DNA from: Callorhinchus milii
Lineage: Eukaryota
Assembly: GCF_018977255.1 (NCBI RefSeq)
Contig: NW_024704747.1
Coordinates: forward strand, 19,158,001-19,222,000
Direction: 5' to 3'
Length of the DNA stretch: 64,000 nt
The notes under the pieces were generated by a model, which made no database searches, had not been told where the DNA came from, and worked only from the letters and a program-made list of their open reading frames with translations. This document shows positions 23,443-35,349 of this stretch, in pieces; the first letter of the stretch is position 1; each line of letters starts with the position of its first letter. Made by a program: the position numbers and the translations under genes.

Positions 23443-26400
23443 GCATGGTTATCTTTTTGGGATTTCACCTTTTATTTTGTCTGTAGATCAGAAATTGTTT
23501 AATATTTATTTTGCTCAAATATTCCATGTAATTTATTGCATATTATTCTTGATAAATCTTGAGCAATTGTATCAGAAATCTGTATTGATGTAGAATACAC
23601 TGACAAATGCTTCTTTACATTTCTCCCTTCCAACTTTCGCCCCCAATTCTTCTGCAACAGGATGTTTTCCCATATTTTTCCCAAGTGGCTATTCTTTGTG
23701 TGAGTTTGCGTAGTGTGTATGGTCAGTTTATTTGGTACTGTCACAGCTAAGGCTGATTCTGCCCTTGTCCGATATCCACAGAAGGTCTAATATTTTTGTC
23801 CAGCTAGAGTAAAATCGGTAAAGTATACACAAAAAAAAACTGAATTTGTGATAACAGGAAAACTAATAAAAGGATCAGTTATGTTTTTTAGACTGTTCCT
23901 TCCTCCAGTCTCAGTTAATCTACAAAGCCTAGCTTTCAGCTAAGTGTTCTTCTTCCTCTCCCCCAAGGTGAATACGTGATATCGGCCAGGTTGTCAGATA
24001 TAGCACCAAGTGGAGGCAAAATACCTGGCTAATAATAAATTTAAAAATCAGAAGGTGTTCTATCTTTGCTCTCACTGCAATATTTACTCCCATTTAATTG
24101 CTGAGGGACTTTTGCAAAACTGATATCTATAGTTGCTTACCCAACTTTATAGTTTATAGCAGTCAATGTATTAAAGAAGGAAGCTAAAGAAATAGGGATA
24201 AAAGTTGGCTCAGTTTCTTGAAGGAACCAAAGAAAATGTTATGCCTAATCTCATAACTACAATCTAAAATAAAATGAAATCAACACTATTTTTTTTTGTT
24301 GTAAACTATTTGCAAGATATTCCTGCTTGTTATGGGTTGTGTATCTAATCAAATAGTGACCACAAGAAATGCAACTTTTTTCTTTTTCATCAGCTATCAG
24401 TGGACACACTCCAGTTCCTGTTGTTTCTGTATGTCCAGCAGCTGAACAAGGTTTCTTTGAGGACATCTCTGATTGGAGAGGAGTGGCCAAGCCCCAGGTC
24501 ACGATCACCTGATCTGGATAGGAAATCAGGATCTCAAAACAAGGTAGGTAGCCTTTTGGGATGCAAATAAAAGGGAAGAGACAACAAAACGAGGAAGCAC
24601 TCAGTTAACTGTGGAATGGCACCAATTTTTGAATTGAACAAAATACTGTACAAAATGGCTAAATAAAAACATGACCTGCCTCACTCAGTTTAAGTCAGAA
24701 TTCTACATCTCCCTGTGCCAAAGTGACTCATTGCTTCTCACTGGGTATACTTGGGAGTTTGTGTCAAGGTGCTGGTGCTCAGAATTCTGGAGATGCCAGA
24801 GCTAGTTTCACCAGGTGTACATTGAATACACTTACATGTGTAGTCCACAAAACCAGCAAACTTGTACAGGTAACTAAGTAGGGTGGTTATTTATGGTAAT
24901 ATACTATAACTGTCCAAACACAGCTGTCTGTGTGCTTATCCCGTGCATGAACTGGCTCTGGCAATCAATTCTGGCCACAAGGAGCTAGTTTTGCAAAACA
25001 AGAATACTTCCCTAACATTTTTATTGATGTTTTCCATGTGTTGCTTATCTGGTTTGAATGATAAAGTACTCTTGGACTGAAACATTTATCAAAATATTTT
25101 TTGTCTGTCCTTACACGATCTAGAACACGGATGACCACAATCATCTGGCTTTCATTCTGAACCACTTGTCAGAATTGTTGGAGCTCCTGCTAGACCCTGA
25201 GCAGCTCACCGCTTCCGCCCACTCTACCCATGAGAGCTTAATCTCTGTCGAAGCAGTTAAAGCACTGAGCTTTCTCATGGAAGGAACTATCAACCAAAAT
25301 GGAATTGTTTATCCTGTGCATGAACTGGCTCTCTGGCAACCAATTCTGGCCACATGTGGTTACTCCAAACTCTCAAAAATGTTTTCTTTCTACAAGCTAC
25401 AAGCCTGGCTGAAAAGTGTTTTAGGATCTAATCCATTTGGCAGCGCAGTCTGCCTCCAAAAAGGAAAGAAGCTAGCATGGGCACAGCAAGGTAATTAACC
25501 CTAATAGATTTTACTCTTACATAACAACAATGCGTCCTTTTGTCCATAAGAAATTGAAAAAGTATATATAAATTCTTTTGGTTTTAAACTAAGTTGTTTC
25601 TTTCTATAAGAAAAACAAGTACTGTTTTTAAATAATATTTTGTGCTTTTCTTTGCTAGCCCAAAGAGATGGCCATCGCTTCATTAACCGCTGCCTCAGTT
25701 ATTGAGAGTCAAACAATCCTAACATTACTGAGTCATACAGTCCTAATGTTATTACTGAGGTACTTTCTTTCTCTTTAAGTTGAAGGGACAACAAAGCGGG
25801 CAAAGATTGCATGTAATACTTACACAGCACCCAAAGGCCACAAGGTGGTGGTAATGACACAAGTGTACAAGCAAACCCTGGCAAAGAGCTCAGATCAGCT
25901 GAATGGGGCTCATGTTAAAATTCATCGCTGCAACGACTCCTATATATACCTGTTATCTCCTTTAAGGTGAGGTTAGTGGTAGATAATTTTAAAAAAAATA
26001 TAAAGCTGAAATGTTTGCTAGAAAATGGGAGTATTAGCAGAAGCCTTGATGTAACTGATTTCCTCATCCCAGCCACAAAATGGACCATTGGAAAAAATGA
26101 ATAGTAATAAATAATAGTAACCCTTGTATTTGATATAGCACCTTATGTTTTCGAGATGTCTCAAAGCGCTTCACAGAATATACTGTAATGTGAATTAACT
26201 GTATATTTTGTGGGCAATACCTTGGATTTGATACAATAACTGTAAAATTAGCTTCTCAAAGCGCTTCACAAAGGTTTTGTACAATTTGTAGGTGAATACG
26301 GAAGCCAATTTTCACACAATAATGTCTTCATGAACTGAATGACCAATTTTATCTGAAAGTTTGGACACTAGGAGAACCTCCCTTTCCATATTTGAGTAGG

Positions 26401-28233
26401 TCCATGGGATATTTAGCATTCATCTGAACAAGTAGACAGGATGCTATGTTTAACATCTCAACTGAAAGCACGTCGGACAATGTAGTGAGCCTAACATTGC
26501 ATTATAGTGTCAGACTAAATTATGAGCTCAAAGTTTCCACGCGGGACTTGAACCCCAAACTTTCTGACGCAGAGGTGAGAGTGCTACCAACTAAGCCAGA
26601 CTGACATCATAGTGATCGTGAGAAGAGAAATGGATGAGAGGAAAATCTAAGTATGAGTAAATAAAGAATTGGAATCTACTTTCTACTTTATGTTCATTTG
26701 TGTTTCTTATTGCAGGTCTGTCAGCATTGAGAAGTGCAGGAACAGCACATTTGTCCTTGGTCCTGTGCAGACTTCCATCCACATCCATAGCTGTGACAAT
26801 GTGAAAATAATAGCTATCTGTCACAGACTTTCAACCTCATCGTCAACATTGTGCACTTTCCACTGTCTCACGCCTACCTATCCTCTCATCATGTCTGGGA
26901 ACACAAGCCTAATATTTGGCCCTTACCACACTTATTATCCAATGTTGGAGGATCACATGGCTCGGACGGGCATAGCCACTTTGCCCAACTATTGGGATAA
27001 ACCAATGTGTATTGGTCTGGACAACTGTGAAACCCCTGTCTATCAGCTGCTGTCTCCGAAGGAATTTTATGTGTTTGTGATTCCATTTGAGATGGAAGGA
27101 GACACCACAGAGATCCCTGGAGGTCTGCCGCCACAATATGAAAAAGCTAAGAGACACAGGGAGCAGAAAATCCAGATCTGGCAGAAAACCGTGAAGGAAG
27201 CAGGGCTCAGCAAGTTAGTAATTAAACATGGAACCTAGACTTTTTATATTCCTGACTAAGATTCAAAAGCAATATAAGTAAGGCTAAAATACAATAATTT
27301 GAATTTTATAGTATGTGCGCTTCATTGTTTTGAGGATGGGAAAAATAGCTGGATTGAATTCAACTGCATAAAATAGAAAAAAACAATCTTACTAAACCAG
27401 GCCATTTGATTTGGTTTTGCAGGTCAATAAGCATTTTAAATGTGTTTTTAATTTTGGTTTTAAAGAGTTCTAATTTTCTGTAGTTTTTTTTGTATGAAGA
27501 TGGAAATTGTTTTAAAAACTTATAACTTTTCCAAAGTCTGGGGAAAAAAATCACAGTGCAACTCTGTTATAAAGGATTGTTTTTTTATTTACTGCTTTGC
27601 CCCATCTTGGAAAATTCAACAGATTTTTGATTCTCAACAACAACAAATTGCATTTATATAGCGCCTTTTATGCCGGGAGGACATCTCAAGGTGCTGGACA
27701 GTCAAGGGTTTGCAGCTGAGCTGGAAGGTGGATTCGGGAGGTCAGGGGGTTTGGGGGTGGGGGGGGGGAGGTGGCAAAAGCACAGTCGAAAACAGGAAGG
27801 TCTTGAGATGGACCTTGAAGGAAGTGAGGGAAGTGGTGAGGCAAAGGGATGGTGTTCCAGAGAGTGGGAACAGAAGGCTGTAGCCCTGATCACCAACAGT
27901 GGGGCAGGCAGGGCGTGGGGCATGAAGCAGGGCACTGCCTGCCCAGTGAGGGAGCGGGCGAGTTCGTAGGGTTTTAGAAGGTCACAGAGGGAGGTGGGGC
28001 AAGATCATGGAGGTAATTAAGGAGGGCAAGAATTTTATTTGTTCAATAGATAACTTAATCCAAAATTTGTCAACGTTTGCTAATGGTTTAACTTCTCTTC
28101 TAGAGAACAACGCAAGCAGTTTCAGAACCTGGTGGAGCAGCAGTTCCGAGAGTGGCTGGCACTCACCGGGCATCGGCAGCAGCTAGACAGTCTTATCCCT
28201 GCTCCTACCTCTCCAAAACAAGCTGCAGCTTGA
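23107..28233 (+). CDS. TBCCD1: TBCC domain-containing protein 1, complete, 6 coding exons, 555 aa
   Basis: Exons 23107-23442, 24394-24543, 25124-25490, 25780-25966, 26716-27213 and 28104-28233 total 1668 nt in frame. Motifs WRHIACGKLQL, LSVDTLQFLLFLY, the TBCC/CARP beta-helix (IHRCNDSYIYLLSPLRSVSIEKCRNS) and GHRQQLDSL. Confidence 0.96.
24394..24543 (+). CDS. TBCCD1: TBCCD1 coding exon 2
   Basis: LSVDTLQFLLFLYVQQLNKVSLRTSLIGEEWPSPR...QNK. Confidence 0.95.
24936..24979 (+). repeat. 44-nt intronic copy of TBCCD1 exonic sequence 25309-25354
   Basis: TTATCCCGTGCATGAACTGGCTCTGGCAATCAATTCTGGCCACA versus TTATCCTGTGCATGAACTGGCTCTCTGGCAACCAATTCTGGCCACA. Confidence 0.9.
25124..25490 (+). CDS. TBCCD1: TBCCD1 coding exon 3
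   Basis: NTDDHNHLAFILNHLSELLELLLDP...GKKLAWAQQ. Confidence 0.95.
25780..25966 (+). CDS. TBCCD1: TBCCD1 coding exon 4
   Basis: VEGTTKRAKIACN...HRCNDSYIYLLSPL. Confidence 0.95.
26105..26607 (-). mobile_element. full-length diverged Deu-domain SINE
   Basis: Head (reverse complement) TGTCAGTCTGGCTTAGTTGGTAGCACTCTCACCTCTGCGTCAGAAAG...GTTCAAGTCCC, Deu core and tail. Confidence 0.8.
26716..27213 (+). CDS. TBCCD1: TBCCD1 coding exon 5
   Basis: SVSIEKCRNSTFVLGPV...WQKTVKEAGLS. Confidence 0.96.
27636..28030 (-). mobile_element. L2 LINE 3' end with (TTG)n tail
   Basis: Reverse complement of the L2 3' end at 51168-51743. Confidence 0.8.
28104..28233 (+). CDS. TBCCD1: TBCCD1 coding exon 6 (last)
   Basis: EQRKQFQNLVEQQFREWLALTGHRQQLDSLIPAPTSPKQAAA*; AATAAA at 28374 and 28595. 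Confidence 0.95.
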
Positions 28234-29698
28234 TCATCCATTGGCTTTAGAAGAATCATCTATTGGAGCTCTTTCAAATGCATATTTCATGTAATTTTTT
28301 TGTGGCTACATAACTTAGGTGGATTTGAGCTCTTGATGAAATATGTGCTTTGAATGGAAGTTATTAAACCTAAAATAAAATTTCCAAGTGTATGATACGT
28401 CATATAGCAAAGTCCTAGACTTGGTTTAGTGACATTCAGTGACACTCGTTTGAGCCATTAAACATGAACTATGATTTATTTGTTCGTTGATCAACTTCAC
28501 TTTTGTTTTCAACACCAATAATTGGTACGAGAAGTTAATATAAATTATTTTTTTATTCATACTGTACAATTATTAATTGCACAGCTCTATTTAAAATAAA
28601 ATTAACTTTGCAGTTTCTGAGTTGGTGTACATTCATCATGAGTCTTAATTAAACAACTAATTCTGGGTCTTTGCTTGTAGATATGGAAGGGAAAGTAGAA
28701 ATATTTTATTTGCTCAACAGTAAGTGTAACAGTGTAGATTAGCTTCTTCCTGTGCAGTGTGAAGTTTGTTCTGGACTGGACTCACACTTAGGGTAAATGG
28801 TTTGCTGTGCTGCCCCTGTGCTGCTCCATTTCCTTGGCGGAATGTGGGATTGTCACATTTGCAGTTGCTTCAGATGTGTGGGGATCTAATGTGTATGGTT
28901 ATAATGGCAACACAGTGTAAATATACTTTTCAGAAAGTGAATCCAACTGTTACTGACTCACCCTCAGAAATTCTTGAAGTTACAGCTGTGCTTCTGATCA
29001 GTGTTCCAAACTAAAACAGAAAGCACCAATGCATTAGTCTTTTTTTGCTAGTGCAATTATCCTAGAGTTGCATTAATGTGATCTATAGCTCCATATCCAA
29101 TTTGTAATTAGTGTATCTTAGTGTCTTCCCCTCCCTTCATTGGTTGGCCCCTCCAGCACTGTTGCTACTTACCACTGAAGATACGACTTCATTTCTAGAC
29201 ACGCTGAACGGTTGAATTGACCTAATCTCCCAGCCAAACTTGCCTGTGTTTGATCCTGTCAGATTACTTAACCTAAGATAGATTTGATCCAGTGCAGTGT
29301 GAACATCCTAGCACTGCTGACATCCAATCAAGGTTTGTTTCTCCAAAAACATCTGAATCTTGATCTGAAATTTGAAATCTTTTGACATAAACACCATAAA
29401 CAACTTACATTTATACAGCGCCCCTCATGCAGGATAGCATCCCAGAACATTACAAATGTTTAATCGTTAAACATTACAAAGAAAGAATTGCAGGAAATTA
29501 AGCATGAATTTAAGAATTTTTCAATTATAATTTTTAAGACAATGTTGAATTATCTGGCCTCTGACACCCACAGTTGCACTTTCCAGCCAGCCACTGAACA
29601 ATGATCAGGGATTCGACCCATGATTGATGCTTTTCCCCTTCCTCCTCCTCAACTCCGACACACAGATCAGATAAATTGGCACAGACCAGAGATGGAAG

Positions 29699-30103
29699 TG
29701 TCGAACCCAGGATGTAGTCGCTATAGCTAGGATTAAACGAACACTCACAAACAGAGTTAGCTCAAAAATATAGTTTATTTAATACTTGCAGCAAGGAGAG
29801 GGAAAGCGAGAGGCAATACAATAGCACGTCTCTCAGAAGAGTCGGTACTCTCCCTCTACCAATGGGGCAGTCCCATCAGTTTATATACATGATTATTTGC
29901 GATCACCTCATGTCTCAAAACAATTCTTGCTGTTGATTGACAAGCAATATTCAGTCATCACAAGTTTAATTATACATTTGCAGACAGGACAAGGACACTG
30001 GTTCTGCTCTAATTTATCTACGTTGTTGCCTAAAAAACAACTTTAATCTTATCATAGTCTAGACTCTGTACTTTACGTATTTTAGTCCTTTTACATTCCC
30101 ACA
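29699..30103 (-). mobile_element. solo LTR (405 bp) with 4-bp target-site duplication GAAG
   Basis: GAAG|TGTCGAA...TTCCCACA|GAAG; on the - strand, TATATAAA (29880-29887) is followed by AATAAA (29774-29779), the U3-R-U5 order. Confidence 0.85.
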
Positions 30104-31519
30104 GAAGCTGGGGCCTTCCTTTCCTGTATGGCTTATTGCTACTGAATATTTTAATTGTATTGCCTATTGAATCTATTTGCACTGTATAAATCTGATTTTC
30201 TGAAGTGCTGAGCATCATTTAAACAGCTACGCATCATTTCCAAGAGATACATTTGCAAAACTGAAGTCAAAATAGGCTTTTGTGCACTTAGTTGTCAAGT
30301 GTTGAAGGAATTTAATTGAATCTGATGGAACATTTGAGAACCCGTGTGGTTTAAACATGCTGCACAGGTGATTCTTTTTTGCCAACATGAGAATTTGACA
30401 CCTCAATAACCTTAGCAGTGGGTTAAAACCTTTTATTTTTGGTACCAAGGCTCAAATGTGATCCAGACATTAGAGGTCTCACTGCTGGCTACAATGATTT
30501 TAAGCAGCAAAACCTGGAGTCCTGTTGGTTGACTCCACAACATAAAAAACCTCCAATTCAACTAATTTGACAATCTTAAATCACAATGAAATTATTAATC
30601 TTTGTTATTTCCAGTCTATTTTCAACCACATTTTCCTCCATTTTTCTGAACACATGTATTCTTCCTATGCATCTGACCCGTCACCCTAATGCACACGGGA
30701 ATGACATTGTGAAGACCTCCACCTACTGGCAAAGGAAAAACAACCTATATAAAAAAACATACAGTACTTCTTATGAGGTTCCCATGGGCTGTCAAGAGGT
30801 AATTAGTAGATAAACCAGGGGATATGGGCATCAGGCCATTCATCACAGTTAATGAAGGGCATTGGCAGATACATAAGAATAATCTTTGCATTTGATATAG
30901 AGGTCTCAAAGCGCTTCATAGAATATACTGTAAAGTGAATTGACTGTATACTTTGTGGGTGAAACATGGCAGCCACTTGCACACAGCAGTGTCCCACAAA
31001 CAGTCGTGGATTGAAATGACCAAATTATTATTTTTTGAAGTAGACCTGAGATCAAATTACAAAATGTTACAAAAGGATTCGCTATGGTGGACATATATAG
31101 ACTGTATTCTCTTGTTGATGATTCCAAAATAAATAAGATAGCCAATAACAGATCTAAAAGAGAGTTTAGGAGGAACTTCTATTAACAACCAATTCTGATC
31201 ATTTTCCAAAGTCAGTAACTGATGCACACCTGTTGTTGAGTTTTATTTCGGTTCAGCAACTTCATTAAAACAAATCATTCCAATTATTCTCATTCCTGAT
31301 TGTCTGCGTGCTTTTATTGAATTTAGTCAGCAAAGCGGGTAAATTAATCCACAACAATAATCCAACTGGCATAACAAACAATTAAGAGGAACTCACGCTC
31401 TAGTTACTTTATTATCCTATCAGTTTTTCTAGAAAACTTGCCTGGATTTGAAATTACTGACTCGATATTTTTATCTCATTTTCATGACAAAGGGTTTCGG
31501 TCCAGTAAATCCAGCAGAG

Positions 31520-31526
31520 TATAAAA
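31520..31526 (+). promoter_or_regulatory. TATA box of the crystallin gene
   Basis: TATAAAA about 70 nt upstream of ATGGGGAAA/GTAAGT; Sox-like ACAAAG at ~31487. Confidence 0.7.
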
Positions 31527-31591
31527 GCGGTGTTCACGTTTCTCTTTAAAGCAATTGTTTTCAAAAGGGCTCCAAAGATTAAGAAACAAAA

Positions 31592-31600
31592 ATGGGGAAA
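31592..31600 (+). CDS. CRYGS: CRYGS exon 1 (MGK)
   Basis: AAAATGGGGAAA/GTAAGT downstream of the TATA box. Confidence 0.88.
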
Positions 31601-34045
31601 GTAAGTATGACTCGAAGTAGATCTATGTTTCAGTCTAAGTTGTTTTTACAGGAGACTGTGGAAAGTTAAGTTAGTCCTTTGTAAGTAAGTACCAGTTATA
31701 TCTGACAAGCCACATACAATGGATTTTGTCAGTTATCAGCTTTGCCATGAGCACAGAGGACTGCACGCTGCCTGCTATCTTGTCACATTATAGCATGTAC
31801 TGTTTCTGTTGGCAGAGAATGTAAAATTGTAGTGAAACTGATGGCGTACTATTTTGTCTCGTTTTTTTTAAGGAGTAGGGTGAACGATGGCTGACCAACA
31901 CTCAATGGAGTGCAAGTATTGGGGGGAGGGCAGGATAAGAGTCAGAGAAGGAAATAAGGCTCCCCAAAAGAATCTAGTTAAATGCACAAGAATGCCACAA
32001 GGACTAGGATGTTCCAAGCTCAATCCTTGGGACGGGCTGAGTTAGCTGATCTAAGCCAGGCAGATGTAGGTCAGTGGGAGGAAGGACAATACAGAATGTC
32101 TAAGGATGGTGGGAGGAGTGAAATAAAATCAGGTTTCTGTTTGTGGATCCTGCTGGAAACTATATGCGTGGATAGTGTATGAGGGTGGATACGAACCAGG
32201 TGTGGCTTCCAACATTCACTGTCTTACCACACACATGAACAGCCTCTTGGGTGAGGTCATCGAGAATAACCCTCTGCCTTTTGGGAGAGAATCTTTTAAA
32301 TCTAACAATCTGTGAAGCAGGAAAATAACAGGAATCTCCTCCTTCCTTACACAATGCCATGCATATTTTCCTCGTCAAAGAATTAGAAACATTTCCTATC
32401 GATGCTTCATCAAAAGCATTCACAGAAGGGATGTTTTATTTAGGTTTGAAATGATTCTGCTTCACAATATATGGTGAAGGTTTTGCATTGTAAACCTCAT
32501 TGGATATTAGCACACCAATGAACACACCGACAAAGAAACAATTGTACCCTTTCCAAGTGTGGAAAGCTCCACGGTGAAGAATTTCAAGAAACTGAAAGAT
32601 ATTAACTTTGTCAATTTCTAATTAATTAGTAAACTTATCGAACAGGCTCCTTAACGAGACCGTCAAAGCTTGTTTCAAGAACAAATTACATAGATTTCCG
32701 CTAGAAAATAATATCTCAGGATACAGTATATAATTTGGGTCACGACATGTCAAGCGACTGCCAGGATGATGGAAGACGAACTAGATGGACCTTGGTGTTT
32801 CTTTCGCCGAGCAAATTCTTATGTTGTTATGTTATATATTCTTCCAAAAGGGTGGAAATAATAAGATGAGTTTACAGTAATATTCAAACTTCAAAATCTG
32901 AAAGGTTTGACATTGACAAATATCCTGTGAATAATTTCACCTTTAACTGCAGATCACTTTGTACGAAGAAAGGAATTTTCTGGGCCGTCGCTATGAATGT
33001 GACAGCAATTGCCCAGATTTCCACACTTCACTTGCCCGCTGCAATTCCAGCAAAGTTGAGAGCGGGGCCTGGGCATTGTATGAGAAGCCCAACTTTGCAG
33101 GTTACGTGTACATCCTCACGAAGGGCGAATACGCTGACTACAGGCGCTGGATGGGATTTAATGACCACGTTGCTTCGTGTCGCTTGATCAATCAGGTAAG
33201 TTCCTCAATGTTCTTTTTGGGTGTATTTCAAATAACCTGCTAAATATATCCAGAGTGGCAATAGCATTGAAGCTACAATCCGCAACTGGATCTCCCAGCC
33301 TCATCCGACGCACAGTACATATTGTATTAAATCACCAGGAGATGCAATTTAGCAAAACACAATTAACCACAAAAACTACAGCACAGAAGTAGGTCAATCA
33401 ATCTAAAATGCCTCTGCTACCATTACCTACTTTATTGGAGCCAAATACAGTACTCTGATCCGAATTTTTTTTTACTGTTCACCCATTCTCGTTAAGTTTC
33501 AACACGTTTTATTCAAATTGCTGTATTACAAACGTACCTTCACATCTGTAAAAGTACAACACACTGTCTAACCAGTGCTGTACTCACTCGCATAAGTAAA
33601 ACTGGCTTCATTTAGCTTGAACTTCTTCCATTTATGCATAAAGCAGGTTTGAATGTTCATCATGATCAGCAGATGAGTGGTTTAGTATTGCACTGACAGG
33701 CCCTGCCTTTAACAATCTGATTGCTCGTTCTGTCGATTCCAGCTCTGACACAAACCACTTTGTGTCTTGTAGGTAGATTCAGCAAGTTACAAGATACAAA
33801 TCGTTAACAAGGGTGAATATGAAAGTCAAACAATTGAGTTTACAGAGGACTGTCCATCCGTCTTTGAACAATTCCACATTCAGCACATCGACTCCTGCAA
33901 TGTCCTGGATGGTGCCTGGGTTTTCTATGAACAAGCCAATTACCGTGGAAGGCAGTACCTCCTGGAGAAGGGAGAGTACAAGAAAGCTGCAGACTGGGGA
34001 GCAACTTCTTCAACAGTGGAGTCGTTCCGTCGTATCATTGAATAG
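31592..34045 (+). CDS. CRYGS: gammaS-crystallin, 3 exons, 174 aa
   Basis: Exons 31592-31600 (MGK), 32953-33195 and 33773-34045. gammaS-type sequence ([32 protein letters not shown]); adjacent to TBCCD1 as in human; AATAAA at 34112. Confidence 0.93.
32640..32835 (+). mobile_element. CR1-type LINE 3' end
   Basis: FK..L..F-like remnant, then ACTAGATGGACCTTGGT...TTCTTATGTT tail; inverted related fragment at 34438-34532. Confidence 0.65.
32953..33195 (+). CDS. CRYGS: CRYGS exon 2 (Greek keys 1-2)
   Basis: [20 protein letters not shown]...VASCRLINQ. Confidence 0.96.
33773..34045 (+). CDS. CRYGS: CRYGS exon 3 (Greek keys 3-4)
   Basis: [19 protein letters not shown]...SFRRIIE*. Confidence 0.95.
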   Translation, partial: VDSASYKIQIVNKGEYESQTIEFTEDCPSVFEQFHIQHIDSCNVLDGAWVFYEQANYRGRQYLLEKGEYKKAADWGATSSTVESFRRIIE

Positions 34046-35190
34046 CTAAGCAAGCAGAGCTTTTCCTTTTCAACAGATCAATTTGCCTCTAAATAACGTA
34101 TAAATCGCATTAATAAATTTGGTGGCAACACATGACTGGCAGTGCCTCTTATGGAAAGGGCTTACTCAAATCTAAAACTGGTTGACTGCAGCTTTTTTTC
34201 CTTTGTGAGGATACTCAAATTAGATCAACCCACTAATTTATGTTGTGACTTTTAAGCCTTAACAGTAAATGCCACGTCAGCTGTTAAGTACCTTGTTACA
34301 TGGGCAAGTTAAAGGTTAACAGAGGCAAATTCTGTAAGTGCGCTGGCTTTATTCTTAAATTAAAGGTCGAACCGAAGCTGTGATCCCATTCTGAAGTCCT
34401 GTGAAATATTCTGTTCATTTACACCCTCACCCCCTTCTACATAAGAACATAAAAAATTACCAGGTGAAAGAAGACCAAGGTCCATCCAGTTTGCCTTCCA
34501 TCCTGGCAGTCCCACGACACGTGTCCCAAACCTTTTCTCCTAATGGTGCTGGTTACTGCTGGGGTACACTTAATGGGCAACTACCTTCCCGTACTTCGCC
34601 AAAGATAACTTTCTGTTTTAAAGGAAGCTTCATTTTTTTTTAAACATACAGAAATTGGGAAGGAGCAATCAAACACAAAAATAGCAGCAAAATTTCCTGC
34701 CCTTTTCTTCAGTTGCTACATTTTCAATAGGCGCCATTCCTTGAGCAAATAGTTTAACCTGCTCCCAGGTCTCTGCCCATTCTGTCCTTCAGCTGCTCTC
34801 AGAATGACTCTTCCTTAGACAGTTCCTGTGGAGATGCAATGGGCTTGTAGAACAACTGAGGGCGAGGATGAGACTGTAAATTTAATTTTCCAGGAAAAAA
34901 TCACACCTTCCTTCCACTGAGTGGTGCTCCCCACCAGAATGTCACTGTGCTACTTTTGCTTATTTTCTTGAGCAGAACTGTAGACGAGTATATAAACGCA
35001 TTAAGAAAGTGTAACCAACGTCCATCTTCACACGTGTACACTGACCATGCCAGTCGGGTTCCTGGCCCTTCAATACACAATTGTTCACATAACAGTTCTG
35101 ACAGATTCAAAGACGGCCAGAGCCAAAATGTCACCAATGAAGCCTCTGACAATGCTTAGGCTGCGCCTCAAGCCTGTTTAGGCAGTGCTT

Positions 35191-35349
35191 TCATCTCAGT
35201 TTAGGTAGGTGCAGGAGAATTGGCTGCTGGTTCAAATGAGTTCCAAATGAAAAGCAGTTTCCTCCTCCTCCTAATACAAGTATTTGCTGCTCCTCCGCTA
35301 ACAAGACACTGCTGTGATTGTGCAACATCAGAGGCCATTTCAATGAATG
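35191..35349 (-). CDS. LCMT2: LCMT2 exon 14 (last)
   Basis: [10 protein letters not shown]...[15 protein letters not shown]...LR*. Confidence 0.95.
   Translation of the reverse strand, partial: HSLKWPLMLHNHSSVLLAEEQQILVLGGGGNCFSFGTHLNQQPILLHLPKLR

Noticed and set aside
23032-23502. ORF-track starts and ends for TBCCD1 (also 26669-27238)
   Set aside because: The ORFs extend into introns; true boundaries are the splice sites listed.
32740-34532. Inverted CR1-tail pair flanking CRYGS exons 2-3 as an RNA duplex
   Set aside because: The arms are short and diverged, and the second lies beyond the CRYGS polyA signal at 34112.
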